Below, piece by piece: positions 30,625-39,715 of a stretch of 64,000 bases of DNA. The DNA comes from Parcubacteria bacterium C7867-001 (GTDB lineage Bacteria > Patescibacteriota > Minisyncoccia > Phycocordibacterales > Phycocordibacteraceae), in assembly GCA_001189095.1 (NCBI GenBank), contig LFCK01000001.1:253159-317158 (forward strand). The letters are read 5' to 3'. Both the position numbers and the translations under genes were made by a program. The first letter of the stretch is position 1. Every line of letters starts with the position of its first letter. The notes under the pieces were generated by a model. The model was not told where the DNA came from, did no database searches, and saw only the letters and a list, made by a program, of their open reading frames with translations.

Positions 30625-32595
30625 TTACCAAACCGTCTCGCGATCTTTTGGTTCGCGCCAAAGCTTGTCGCCTTTTTTCACTCCGTACGCCTCATAAAAA
30701 GGTCCGAAGTTTGAGACTGGTCCGTTGATGCGGAATTGTCCGGGCGAATGAGGATCCGTAAGCGTAATAGTCTTCTCGTATTCCGGACGAATGTTCTCGC
30801 GTTCGAATTGAGCAAAGCCAAGGAAGAAGCGTTGCTCGGGAGTGAATCCCTTGATTGTTCTTCGTCCCGTTCGTTTAAGCGCGTGCTGAAGCGCTTCGTA
30901 TCCCATGAGAAGACCCACGGAGTCTGCTATGTTCTCACCGAGCGTCAGCTTACCGTTTACTTTGACACCGTCAGCGACTACGTATTCGTTGAATTGGCGA
31001 ACAAGGGCTTTGCCTTTCGCTTCAAAGCGTTTCTTGTCGAGCGCGGTCCACCAGTTATTCAGATTTCCGTTCTTGTCGTACTTCGCGCCTTCATCATCGA
31101 AGCCGTGAGAGATTTCGTGCGCAATGACGGCACCCATCGAGCCGTAGTTGAAGGCATCGTCTCCGTCGGGATCGAAGAACGGCGGCTGCAGAATCGCTGC
31201 CGGGAAGGCGATTTCGTTCATGTTCGGAGCGTTGTAGGCGTTCACGGTTTGCGGATACATGAACCACTCATCCCTATCAATCGGGCCGTGGAGCTTTTTC
31301 ATCTGTCGCTTGTGCTCGTACTCTGCGGTGCGTACCGCATTACCGACGAAGTCATCGGCTCGTATTTCAAGACCGCGATAGCTCTTCCATTTGTCGGGGT
31401 AGCCAATTTTCTTATTCATCGCTGCAAGCTTCTGAAGCGCCTTCTTCTTGGTCGACGGACTCATCCATGGAAGTTCCTTGATGCGTTCGCGGTATGCGAA
31501 GAAAAGATCATCAACGAGCTCATTCATGCACTTCTTCGCGTGCGCGGTGAAGTATTTCTTTACATAAATCTGCCCGATGAGTTCACCGAGATTTCCATTT
31601 ACCACCGCAAGGGTGCGGCGCCAGAGCGGCTTCATATGCTTCGTACCCGTAAGCACGGTGCCGTAGAAAGCGAAATTCTGCTTGGCTACGTTTGGCGAGA
31701 GTACTCCCGCGAAATCGTCGAGTACGCACCACTCAAGATAGATCTTCCAATCCGCAAGCGGGGTGCTCATAAGGAGTTTTGAGAGCGCAGCAAGGTAGTC
31801 CGGCTGCATTACGATAAAGTTGTTTGCTGTACCCGCGCCGATGCGCGCAAAGTAACGTTTCCAATCAATAGCCGGTGAGGATTTTTGTAGGGCCGCAAGC
31901 GAGCGTTTGTTATAGGTCTTTTCGACCTCACGGCGATCCACCTTATTCATTTGTTTCTTTGCGAGCGCTGTTTCGATTTGCATAACAACTGCCGAGCGAC
32001 GTTTTGCCTCAGCGGGCTTGTAGCCAAGAAGTGCGAGCATTGCCGCAACATGCGGCACATATGCATTGCGTACGCGCTTTGATTCAGCGTCGTCCTTGAG
32101 GTAGTAGTCGCGGTCTGGCATACCGAGTCCATCTTGGAAGACGTGAAGAATGTATTTGGTTGTATTTTTTGCATCCTGATCGATGCCCGCATTAAAGAGC
32201 GGCCCGACGCCGATTCGATGGAGGTCAGCGACCAAATCCTGAAGCTCGGTCAGTGTTTCCAGCTTTTCGATGCGCTCGCGCCATGGCGCGAGCGGTTTCG
32301 CACCGAGCTTTGTGCGTGTCTTGAGATCCATGCCCGAACGGTAGAAATCTCGAATCATCTGTTCCGGACTGCCATGAGCCGCGCGTTTGAGGCTAAGCAG
32401 ATCCGCGAGAATCATCTTTAGTTTCTTTTCCGTGTCGTAGCGAAGCATCACAAACGAGCCCCAGCGCGGCTCGGTCTTGGGGATTTTGGTTCGCGCGAGC
32501 CAGCCACCGTTCGCGTAGCGATAGAAATCGTCCTGCGGCCGCACACGTATATCCATGTCGCGCACTGAAATAGGGAGAGAAACGGTCTTCTGCAT
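30625..32595 (-). CDS. pepO: M13-family zinc metallopeptidase (PepO/neprilysin-like), no signal peptide
   Basis: HEISH (HExxH), ENIAD and NAYY motifs; 656 aa. Confidence 0.9.
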   Translation of the reverse strand: MQKTVSLPISVRDMDIRVRPQDDFYRYANGGWLARTKIPKTEPRWGSFVMLRYDTEKKLKMILADLLSLKRAAHGSPEQMIRDFYRSGMDLKTRTKLGAKPLAPWRERIEKLETLTELQDLVADLHRIGVGPLFNAGIDQDAKNTTKYILHVFQDGLGMPDRDYYLKDDAESKRVRNAYVPHVAAMLALLGYKPAEAKRRSAVVMQIETALAKKQMNKVDRREVEKTYNKRSLAALQKSSPAIDWKRYFARIGAGTANNFIVMQPDYLAALSKLLMSTPLADWKIYLEWCVLDDFAGVLSPNVAKQNFAFYGTVLTGTKHMKPLWRRTLAVVNGNLGELIGQIYVKKYFTAHAKKCMNELVDDLFFAYRERIKELPWMSPSTKKKALQKLAAMNKKIGYPDKWKSYRGLEIRADDFVGNAVRTAEYEHKRQMKKLHGPIDRDEWFMYPQTVNAYNAPNMNEIAFPAAILQPPFFDPDGDDAFNYGSMGAVIAHEISHGFDDEGAKYDKNGNLNNWWTALDKKRFEAKGKALVRQFNEYVVADGVKVNGKLTLGENIADSVGLLMGYEALQHALKRTGRRTIKGFTPEQRFFLGFAQFERENIRPEYEKTITLTDPHSPGQFRINGPVSNFGPFYEAYGVKKGDKLWREPKDRETVW

Positions 32596-32672
32596 GCGCA
32601 GCAGTATACCTCAGACGCGTTGACTCTTCATGAACTACACCCTATGGTGAGAAAAGAAGAGGAGACAAAAGT

Positions 32673-32789
32673 ATGGATACGCTTGATTCCGCCGTTGGAA
32701 CCATTCTCGCCCTCGGGCTTCTGGCCATCGGCCTCGGCCTCACAGCGCCTGTCTCGTGGCGCACGATCGTCAAATCGATCCTCCATTAA
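32673..32789 (+). CDS. small hydrophobic peptide (38 aa)
   Basis: RBS GAGGAG; promoter-like TTGACT-N17-TATGGT at 32620-32648; terminator at 32800-32836. Confidence 0.35.
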   Translation: MDTLDSAVGTILALGLLAIGLGLTAPVSWRTIVKSILH

Positions 32790-32839
32790 ATAAAGAAAAC
32801 CGTCCCGAAGCGCTGCGCGCTTCGGGACTTTTGTATTAA

Positions 32840-32868
32840 TTGACAAATTGTATTATATTAAATATAAT
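32840..32868 (+). promoter_or_regulatory. consensus sigma70 promoter TTGACA-N17-TATAAT
   Basis: Read directly: ttgacaAATTGTATTATATTAAAtataat. Confidence 0.6.
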
Positions 32869-32906
32869 ATATCTCGGCCATCAACCGACGGAAGAGGAGA
32901 CTTACT

Positions 32907-33158
32907 ATGTCGGCAGTGGGAGATCAATTCGAACAAGAATTGAAAAAAGAGTTTGACTGGGCGGAGCTCGGTCAAACCATTCTGGGGGTCTTCGGACTTG
33001 TGCTCGCGCTCGGCGGCTTCACTGTCTGCGTTTACTCGCAGCATCATGTCGTCGTGAACACGCAAGGCATCAATCAGGCGTTTGTCGACGGCATCACCGT
33101 GCTCGGCGTCGGCGTCATCATTGCCCAGAATGCTTTCGGAGCGATCCGGAAGAAATAA
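32907..33158 (+). CDS. small two-TM membrane protein (83 aa)
   Basis: RBS GAAGAGGAG; terminator cagccgccgcgcttacgcgcgcggcggcttttggtttg follows. Confidence 0.5.
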   Translation: MSAVGDQFEQELKKEFDWAELGQTILGVFGLVLALGGFTVCVYSQHHVVVNTQGINQAFVDGITVLGVGVIIAQNAFGAIRKK

Positions 33159-33216
33159 GCCTTGTTCTTGGCTCAAAATCAGCCGCCGCGCTTACGCGCG
33201 GCGGCTTTTGGTTTGT

Positions 33217-33245
33217 TTGACATAATTACTAATTTAGTATATAAT
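33217..33245 (+). promoter_or_regulatory. consensus sigma70 promoter TTGACA-N17-TATAAT
   Basis: ttgacaTAATTACTAATTTAGTAtataat; near-duplicate of the promoter at 32840. Confidence 0.6.
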
Positions 33246-33274
33246 ATAGTTTGGCAAACTGGGAGTATTGAAAG

Positions 33275-33439
33275 ATGGCGACGTTCATTCCGTTTGTAAC
33301 CCTGTTCGCGTCGGCGAGCTGTTTCGGACTTGCGACATTTAATGTCCTTTCCGGAAACCCTCTTCCGCTGCTCGCTGCAGCTGAAGTTTCCGTTGGTGTA
33401 CTCGCCTTCGGCAGCTTCCTGACCGCTCTGAAAAGCTAA
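33275..33439 (+). CDS. small hydrophobic peptide (54 aa)
   Basis: RBS GGGAG; hairpin terminator gcgcccggaccttcgtccgggcgctttgtat follows. Confidence 0.4.
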   Translation: MATFIPFVTLFASASCFGLATFNVLSGNPLPLLAAAEVSVGVLAFGSFLTALKS

Positions 33440-33505
33440 GCCCGCCCTCAAAGCCCCTTGCGCCCGGACCTTCGTCCGGGCGCTTTGTATGATATCTTCA
33501 TTCTC

Positions 33506-35449
33506 ATGACCGTTTCAGAAGTACGTAAGCGCTATCTCGCATTCATGCAATCACGCGGACACGTGATTATTCCGTCGGCTCCTATCGTGCCGGGTAACGA
33601 CCCGACGACTCTTTTTACTTCGTCCGGCATGCAACCCTTGGTTCCGTATCTCCTCGGCAAGGATCATCCGGAAGGAAAGCGTATCGCGAATTCGCAGATG
33701 AGCTTCCGCGCGGGAGACATCGAAGAAGTTGGTGACAATCGCCACACCACTTTCTTCGAAATGCTCGGCAACTGGTCGCTCGGCGACTACTTTAAGAAAG
33801 AACAGCTTCCGTGGTTCTTCGAATTCCTCACCAGCAAAGAGGAGGGGCTCGGACTCGATCCAAACAAGCTCTACGTTACGGTTTTTGCGGGAGACCCAGA
33901 GAGCGGCATGTCGGAAGACATGGAAGCAGTTGAAATCTGGAAGGAACTTTTTAAATCGAAGGGTGTGGACGCAGAATTTTCAAACATCGGTAGCGAAGTG
34001 CAGGGCTACGAAAAAGGAATGGGCGCGAATGATCGCATTTTTGCCTACGACGCAAAGAAAAACTGGTGGAGCCGTGCGGGTGTACCGAGCAAAATGCCAG
34101 CAGGCGAGCCGGGCGGTCCTGACTCAGAAGTTTTCTACGACTTCGGCCTTCCACATGACCCGAAATGGGGAGCAAACTGCCACCCGAACTGTGATTGCGG
34201 ACGCTTTGTCGAGATAGGGAACTCGGTGTTCATGCAGTTCGTGAAGAATGAGGACGGTTCGTTCTCGAATCTTCCAAAGCAGAACGTGGACTTTGGTGGA
34301 GGTCTTGAACGCCTTACGTTTGCAACCCTCGGGACACCGGATGCATTCCTTATAGATGTATTCGATGCTGCTCGCGGCGTTCTTGAGGCCCGCTCTGGGA
34401 AAACGTACGGCGAAGACGACTCCACTACCAAGGCGATGCGTATCATTCTTGACCACATGCGCGCAGCCTCTTTCATGCTTGCTGAGGGCGTTTTGCCGTC
34501 GAACACTGAAGCAGGGTATGTTCTACGCCGCCTTATTCGCCGAGCCATTGTTCAAGCAGACCGTCTTGGTATAAAAGACGCGATACTCGCCGAAGTTGCC
34601 GACGGATATGCAGCCGCGTATGTTGAGCATTATCCGCACGTTCAATCTTCTGCGGCAAAAATTCACGCGGAATTAGCGAAGGAAGAAGAGCAATTTAGAA
34701 AAACACTTGCCAATGGAATGCGCGAGTTTGAAAAATTCTTTACTGCGACAATTAACGGAGCTTTGATGGCGAAGGATTTGGATTCAGATGCTGTTTTCAA
34801 GCTTGTTACCACTGACGGTTTTCCTTTTGAACTAGTCAAAGAAGTCGCTGCTGAGCGCGGCCTTGGTGTAAATGAAATAGAATTTGAAAAGCGAATGAAA
34901 GTTCATCAAGAGACTTCACGCGCTGGCGGAGCGCAGCGCTTTGCAGGCGGACTCGCCGATCATGCAGAACAGACCGTCCGCTACCACACCACGCATCACA
35001 TTCTCCTCAAAGCACTTCAGATGGTACTTGGAGACGAAGTGAAGCAGCGCGGCTCAAACATCACCAGCGAGCGTTTGCGCATCGACTTCTCGAGTCCCGC
35101 TAAAATGACGGACGAACAGAAAGCGGATGTGGAGAAAATCGTGAACGATATTATTTATCAGGATCTTCCGGTCACACGCACCGTCATGCCGCGCACTGAA
35201 GCAGAAAAACTTGGCGCGCAGATGGAATTCGGCGTGAAATATCCCGATACGGTTTCTGTGTATTCAGTTGGACCTATCGACGCGACTGAAGCGGACCCAA
35301 AGATTCCGCAGGCATTCTCACTCGAGTTCTGTGGCGGTCCGCACGTCTCCAACACCAAAGAAATTCACGAAGGCGGAAAGAGATTCCGTATTCAAAAAGA
35401 AGAAGCCGTCGCTTCCGGCATCCGCCGCATCAAGGGAATCCTTGACTAA
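33506..35449 (+). CDS. alaS: alanyl-tRNA synthetase, short form lacking the C-terminal C-Ala/DHHA1 domain
   Basis: Class II AlaRS N-terminal catalytic domain (SAPIVPGNDPTTLFTSSGMQP, FFEMLGNWSLGDYFK) and the editing-domain HxxxH/CGGPHV motifs; 647 aa. Confidence 0.9.
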   Translation: MTVSEVRKRYLAFMQSRGHVIIPSAPIVPGNDPTTLFTSSGMQPLVPYLLGKDHPEGKRIANSQMSFRAGDIEEVGDNRHTTFFEMLGNWSLGDYFKKEQLPWFFEFLTSKEEGLGLDPNKLYVTVFAGDPESGMSEDMEAVEIWKELFKSKGVDAEFSNIGSEVQGYEKGMGANDRIFAYDAKKNWWSRAGVPSKMPAGEPGGPDSEVFYDFGLPHDPKWGANCHPNCDCGRFVEIGNSVFMQFVKNEDGSFSNLPKQNVDFGGGLERLTFATLGTPDAFLIDVFDAARGVLEARSGKTYGEDDSTTKAMRIILDHMRAASFMLAEGVLPSNTEAGYVLRRLIRRAIVQADRLGIKDAILAEVADGYAAAYVEHYPHVQSSAAKIHAELAKEEEQFRKTLANGMREFEKFFTATINGALMAKDLDSDAVFKLVTTDGFPFELVKEVAAERGLGVNEIEFEKRMKVHQETSRAGGAQRFAGGLADHAEQTVRYHTTHHILLKALQMVLGDEVKQRGSNITSERLRIDFSSPAKMTDEQKADVEKIVNDIIYQDLPVTRTVMPRTEAEKLGAQMEFGVKYPDTVSVYSVGPIDATEADPKIPQAFSLEFCGGPHVSNTKEIHEGGKRFRIQKEEAVASGIRRIKGILD

Positions 35450-35515
35450 ATAGTCAAACTGTATACTATTGCGCCCAAGCGCGTCGCTTCGACGCGTCAA
35501 ATCGGAGATCTTTCC

Positions 35516-35950
35516 ATGGCGAATAAGCCAAGCGGGTACGGATGGTTCTTCATCGCGACGTTCCTGATCTCAGGGCTCGTGATGGGGGATTTCATTCTCT
35601 CCCTCTCGAATACGTACCGCTCGCATGTTGCGATTGAATTCACGATTTTCGCGTGGATCATCACTGCCTTCGGGCTTCTCACCTACATGGTGCAGATGGC
35701 CCGTTCGCACGGGGCGCATGTCCGAACGATTACGTTTCTGACAAGCGTCGTCGCTGCGATGGGTATGTATTACCTCTTCGAGCAATTGCTCCCTGCGTCG
35801 TTCGCGAAGCAATTCGCTCCCGGTCCGGGCGGCATGATCGCACACGGACTCCTTCTGCTTATCCCGTGGTGGGGCGTGGCAGGGGCCATCTCGCTTCTCG
35901 TCCCCGCGCTCGTCGAGCGTCGGTGGAGGGTGGTTGCGATGCATTCGTAA
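35516..35950 (+). CDS. hypothetical integral membrane protein (144 aa)
   Basis: Four TM helices; terminator aaaagggccgcgcttcgcgcggccctttatctttt follows. Confidence 0.5.
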   Translation: MANKPSGYGWFFIATFLISGLVMGDFILSLSNTYRSHVAIEFTIFAWIITAFGLLTYMVQMARSHGAHVRTITFLTSVVAAMGMYYLFEQLLPASFAKQFAPGPGGMIAHGLLLLIPWWGVAGAISLLVPALVERRWRVVAMHS

Positions 35951-36011
35951 CGTAATAAAAAGGGCCGCGCTTCGCGCGGCCCTTTATCTTTTCCTATATA
36001 CTACTAGCTAC

Positions 36012-37157
36012 ATGAGTTGGCATACGTTCTTTGGTCACCCCAAACGGGAGTCGGCAGCATTGTTTGATATCGGTTCAGGCTCCGTCGGCGGCGCCTATGC
36101 TGTTTTTGAAGATGGTATGCCACCGCGCATGGTTTTCTCCCGCCGCATAGGAATTGAAAACCACGAGGGAGAATCCCTCGAAGCATCCACACTGCGCGCC
36201 TGCGCACTCGCTGCGAACGCACTTACGACCGAAGGACCAACTGTTCTCCGGCAGATAGCGGGCGACGCGCGGGTCACCTCAATTTTCGTAACTCTTTCTT
36301 CGCCATGGCAGAAAACCAGCGCGCGCACCCAAACAATCGAAGAGAAAAAGCCGTTCGTTTTCACAAAATCCCAGATGCAGGCTGCCATGAGCGCCGAAAA
36401 GCGGGATGCCGACTGGATATCGACCGGAGAATTCGTCATCGGCACCTTCCTCAACGGCTATAAAGTAGAGAACCCATTCGGGAAAAAGGTTACTCGCGTC
36501 GATATGAGCATCCTTTCCTCCGCTATTTCAGGAAAGATGCGTAAGGGAATTGAGGAAATCATCCGACACGCTTTTCATTCGCATGCCGGCAGCGTATCCG
36601 CCTTCATTCCGGTCGCGTATGAAGTCTTCCGCGATCTCTACCCGCACGAAAAGGAGTTTATGCTCATCGATGTATCGTCCGAAGCGACGGACGTCGCCTG
36701 CGTGCATGAAGGCGTTCTCGTCGACGCAGCCACAGCTCCCACCGGAATCGGCAGCATCGCGCGATCAGTTGTAGGAAATACCGGCATTCACGCGGTGGGT
36801 GGTGACCTCGTCGATCCCGCGCGCACCGTAAAGCCAACCGAGGAAGTGAAAAAGGCGCAGGACGCATGGATCACCTCGCTTCGCGACACACTCACCAAGA
36901 TGGGTGAGAGCCGCTCGCTCCCGCGCACCGTCTTCCTCCTTTCAAACAAGGACACTCGCGAATATTTAAAGAAAACACTCGAAAGCGACGCGTTCCATCC
37001 GCTCTGGCTTTCGGACGAACCGCTCAAGATTCTGCCGGTCGTCCCGTCGCACTTCACGCCGCTCGTGAAAACCATCGCGGAATCGGAGGGTGATGTCTCG
37101 CTCATGATCCTCGCGCTTTCCTACGCAAAAACCCGCGAGTCAAAAGGAGGGAAATAG
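36012..37157 (+). CDS. actin-like ATPase (ASKHA superfamily; FtsA/PilM/MreB-like)
   Basis: Phosphate-1-like LFDIGSGSVGGAYAVF and phosphate-2-like MLIDVSSEATDVACV motifs; 381 aa. Confidence 0.5.
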   Translation: MSWHTFFGHPKRESAALFDIGSGSVGGAYAVFEDGMPPRMVFSRRIGIENHEGESLEASTLRACALAANALTTEGPTVLRQIAGDARVTSIFVTLSSPWQKTSARTQTIEEKKPFVFTKSQMQAAMSAEKRDADWISTGEFVIGTFLNGYKVENPFGKKVTRVDMSILSSAISGKMRKGIEEIIRHAFHSHAGSVSAFIPVAYEVFRDLYPHEKEFMLIDVSSEATDVACVHEGVLVDAATAPTGIGSIARSVVGNTGIHAVGGDLVDPARTVKPTEEVKKAQDAWITSLRDTLTKMGESRSLPRTVFLLSNKDTREYLKKTLESDAFHPLWLSDEPLKILPVVPSHFTPLVKTIAESEGDVSLMILALSYAKTRESKGGK

Positions 37158-37224
37158 GCCCCATCCCCAATAAACAGGCGCTCGTTATAAATTGTGTATC
37201 CCGTGGGGTATACTTTCCTTACCT

Positions 37225-38466
37225 ATGGCACGAACCGTCACTGACATCATCCCGCCCTCACGCAGACGCCAGATGGAGCCTATGTCGATGCGTGAAGAAT
37301 CCCTTCCGCCTCAGCGTCCCATTGCTCCAAAACGCCCTCGCCGCGGATTCCCGTACGGAACCGCCATCATTGCACTCCTTATTGTTGCCGGCTCAGTTGC
37401 CGCACTCTTCGTCTTTTCAGGAGCAAAAGTCGAGGTGACCCCGAAGACCTTTGTTGCATCTATTTCAAGCGACTTCACCGCAACCCAAGGCGGCGGCGAC
37501 CTTCCTTTTGAAATCGTGACCGTAGAAAAAACCGGCACGAAGTCGGTGAAGGCGGAAAGCACCGTGACCGCAAATGATTCCGCACAGGGAACTATCACCA
37601 TCTACAACACGCAAGCAGCAGCACAAGCGCTCATCACCAACACCCGCTTTGAATCTCCGGAGGGTCTTATCTTCCGCATCCATGCCCCAGTCACCGTCCC
37701 AGCTGGTTCGACCGAAAATCCAGGCACCGTCTCGGCAACCGTCTTCGCCGATCAGGGTGGCGAAAAGTACAACATTCCTGCAGCAAGCTTCACGCTTCCA
37801 GGACTTAAGGGCGGGAAGTCCTTCACACAGGTGTATGCAAAATCGACAGGCGCAATGACGGGCGGATTCTCGGGCAGCCGCCCATCAGTCGGCGAAGCAA
37901 CCCGTCAGGCACAAAAAGGTCCGCTTGAGTCCGCGCTCAAAGAAGAGCTTCAGAAGTCGCTAGGAGCTCAAATGAAAGAAGGCTACATCCTCATCCCAAG
38001 CAGCGTGACGACCAGCTTCACACCAGTACCAGACACGGCCGGAGAAAACAATCAGGTGGTTATCGCAGAAAAGGGAATTATGACCGCAGTCATCTTCCCG
38101 AACGAAGCGCTTGCGAAAGCAATCGCGTTCAAGGTAGTTCCGATGTACGCCGGCGAGCCAGTCACCCTTTCTAACCCTGAAGGTCTTACGTTCGCTCCTT
38201 CCGCGTCCTCAACCCCCGCAAGCGGCAAGCCGTATACCTTCAATCTCTCAGGTTCGACCACCCTCGTCTGGACCATAGATACGGCCAAGATAGGCGGTGC
38301 TGTGGCGGGTAAGAAGCGCGAATCGGCAGAAGCTATCCTCATGGGCTTCCCAGAAATAGACAAGGCCATTCTCGTCCTTCGCCCCTTCTTTGCAACGACC
38401 TTCCCCGCAGATCCAGCTAAAATCACCATCGACGTGGTGACCCCCGCAAAAGAGGAAAAGAAGTAG
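37225..38466 (+). CDS. bitopic membrane protein with a Pro/Arg-rich cytoplasmic N-terminus and a large Thr/Ser/Gly-rich extracytoplasmic domain
   Basis: Single TM at ~aa 45-65; no recognisable domain; immediately downstream of the actin-like ATPase. Confidence 0.5.
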   Translation: MARTVTDIIPPSRRRQMEPMSMREESLPPQRPIAPKRPRRGFPYGTAIIALLIVAGSVAALFVFSGAKVEVTPKTFVASISSDFTATQGGGDLPFEIVTVEKTGTKSVKAESTVTANDSAQGTITIYNTQAAAQALITNTRFESPEGLIFRIHAPVTVPAGSTENPGTVSATVFADQGGEKYNIPAASFTLPGLKGGKSFTQVYAKSTGAMTGGFSGSRPSVGEATRQAQKGPLESALKEELQKSLGAQMKEGYILIPSSVTTSFTPVPDTAGENNQVVIAEKGIMTAVIFPNEALAKAIAFKVVPMYAGEPVTLSNPEGLTFAPSASSTPASGKPYTFNLSGSTTLVWTIDTAKIGGAVAGKKRESAEAILMGFPEIDKAILVLRPFFATTFPADPAKITIDVVTPAKEEKK

Positions 38467-38512
38467 GGTTGACGCCATTATCTGTCTCTGCTAATCTAAT
38501 CAAGCTTCACAC

Positions 38513-38728
38513 ATGGAGGGAAACAAGGAAGACGCACCAACCGGCATTGTCGAAGAAGTGCTACCAAATTCCTTGTTCCGGGTTCGTATGCCGCAGGGAG
38601 AGCTCGTGCTCGCCTACCTCGCTGGAAAAATGCGGCTGCACCGGATTCGAGTCCTTGTAGGGGACCAGGTTGAACTGGTACTAGACCCCTACGGAGGACG
38701 CGCTCGCATTGTGAGGCGTTTATCCTAA
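38513..38728 (+). CDS. infA: translation initiation factor IF-1
   Basis: S1-like OB fold: LPNSLFRVRMPQGELVLAYLAGKMRLHRIRVLVGDQVELVLDPY. Confidence 0.9.
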   Translation: MEGNKEDAPTGIVEEVLPNSLFRVRMPQGELVLAYLAGKMRLHRIRVLVGDQVELVLDPYGGRARIVRRLS

Positions 38729-38736
38729 ACCCTACG

Positions 38737-38853
38737 ATGAAAGTACGCGCTTCAATCAAGGCACAACAGCCAGGTGATATCCTCGTCCGCCGCAAAGGGC
38801 GTCTTTTTCGTATCAATAAGCTCAAGCCGCGCCGCAAGGCTCGTCAGGGCTAA
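38737..38853 (+). CDS. rpmJ: 50S ribosomal protein L36 (cysteine-less variant)
   Basis: MKVRASIK...RRKGRLFRIN...RQG matches L36, but the CxxC...CxxH zinc-ribbon residues are replaced. Confidence 0.7.
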   Translation: MKVRASIKAQQPGDILVRRKGRLFRINKLKPRRKARQG

Positions 38854-38868
38854 TTAATTTTCGTACAC

Positions 38869-39249
38869 ATGCGTATTGCCGGCGTTACCATTCCAGACGA
38901 TAAGCAGCTCGCGTACTCGTTGCCTTTGATTTACGGCATCGGCAAGACGCGCGCGCTCTCAATCCTCGCAACGGCGAAGATCGACCCGACCACGAAGGGT
39001 AAGGATCTTTCGTCTGCACAGGAAAAGGAAGTCCGCGAACTCGCCGAAGGCTTCACCATCGAAGGTGAGCTCCGCCGCGAAATCGGCCAGAACGTGAAGC
39101 GTTTGAAGGATATCGGCACGAAGCGCGGAACGCGCCATGCTCGCCGCCTTCCCGTGAAGAATCAGCGCACGAAGACCAACTCGCGCACCGTCCGCGGCAA
39201 TACGCGCAAGACCATGGGTTCGGGTCGCCGTACGCTTGAGAAGACATAA
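38869..39249 (+). CDS. rpsM: 30S ribosomal protein S13
   Basis: MRIAGVTIPDDKQLAYSLPLIYGIGKTRA. Confidence 0.95.
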   Translation: MRIAGVTIPDDKQLAYSLPLIYGIGKTRALSILATAKIDPTTKGKDLSSAQEKEVRELAEGFTIEGELRREIGQNVKRLKDIGTKRGTRHARRLPVKNQRTKTNSRTVRGNTRKTMGSGRRTLEKT

Positions 39250-39274
39250 AATTTAAGCCTTTTGTAATTTACCT

Positions 39275-39709
39275 ATGGGAAAGAAACGAATCATCAAGAA
39301 GAGCGGCAAAGGCCTCGATCAGGGACGCAAGGAGCGCGCCCTTTCGAAAATCGCAAAGAAGCGCATCGAGCGCGGTATTCTTCACGTTGAAGCAACCTTC
39401 AACAACACCAAGTGCGTCCTTACGGACGAGAAGGGCAATGCCGTCATGTCTTCTTCCGCAGGTGCGCTCGGCTTCTCTGGCGCCCGCAAGTCGACCCCGT
39501 ACGCAGCCGCTAAGGTCGGTGAACTTCTCGGCGAAAAGGCAGCAGTCATCGGCCTTAAGGAGGCTTCCGTCATCATCCGCGGCATCGGTGCTGGTCGCGA
39601 ATCAGCTCTCCGCGCATTCGCAGGAAAGGGTATCGCTATCCGCGCTATTAAGGACGCAACGCCGGTTCCGCACAACGGCCCGCGCCCACCTAAGCCTCGT
39701 CGCGTCTAA
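39275..39709 (+). CDS. rpsK: 30S ribosomal protein S11
   Basis: GILHVEATFNNTKCVLTDEKGNAV...GFSGARKSTPYAAA. Confidence 0.95.
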   Translation: MGKKRIIKKSGKGLDQGRKERALSKIAKKRIERGILHVEATFNNTKCVLTDEKGNAVMSSSAGALGFSGARKSTPYAAAKVGELLGEKAAVIGLKEASVIIRGIGAGRESALRAFAGKGIAIRAIKDATPVPHNGPRPPKPRRV

Positions 39710-39715
39710 ACTCAT

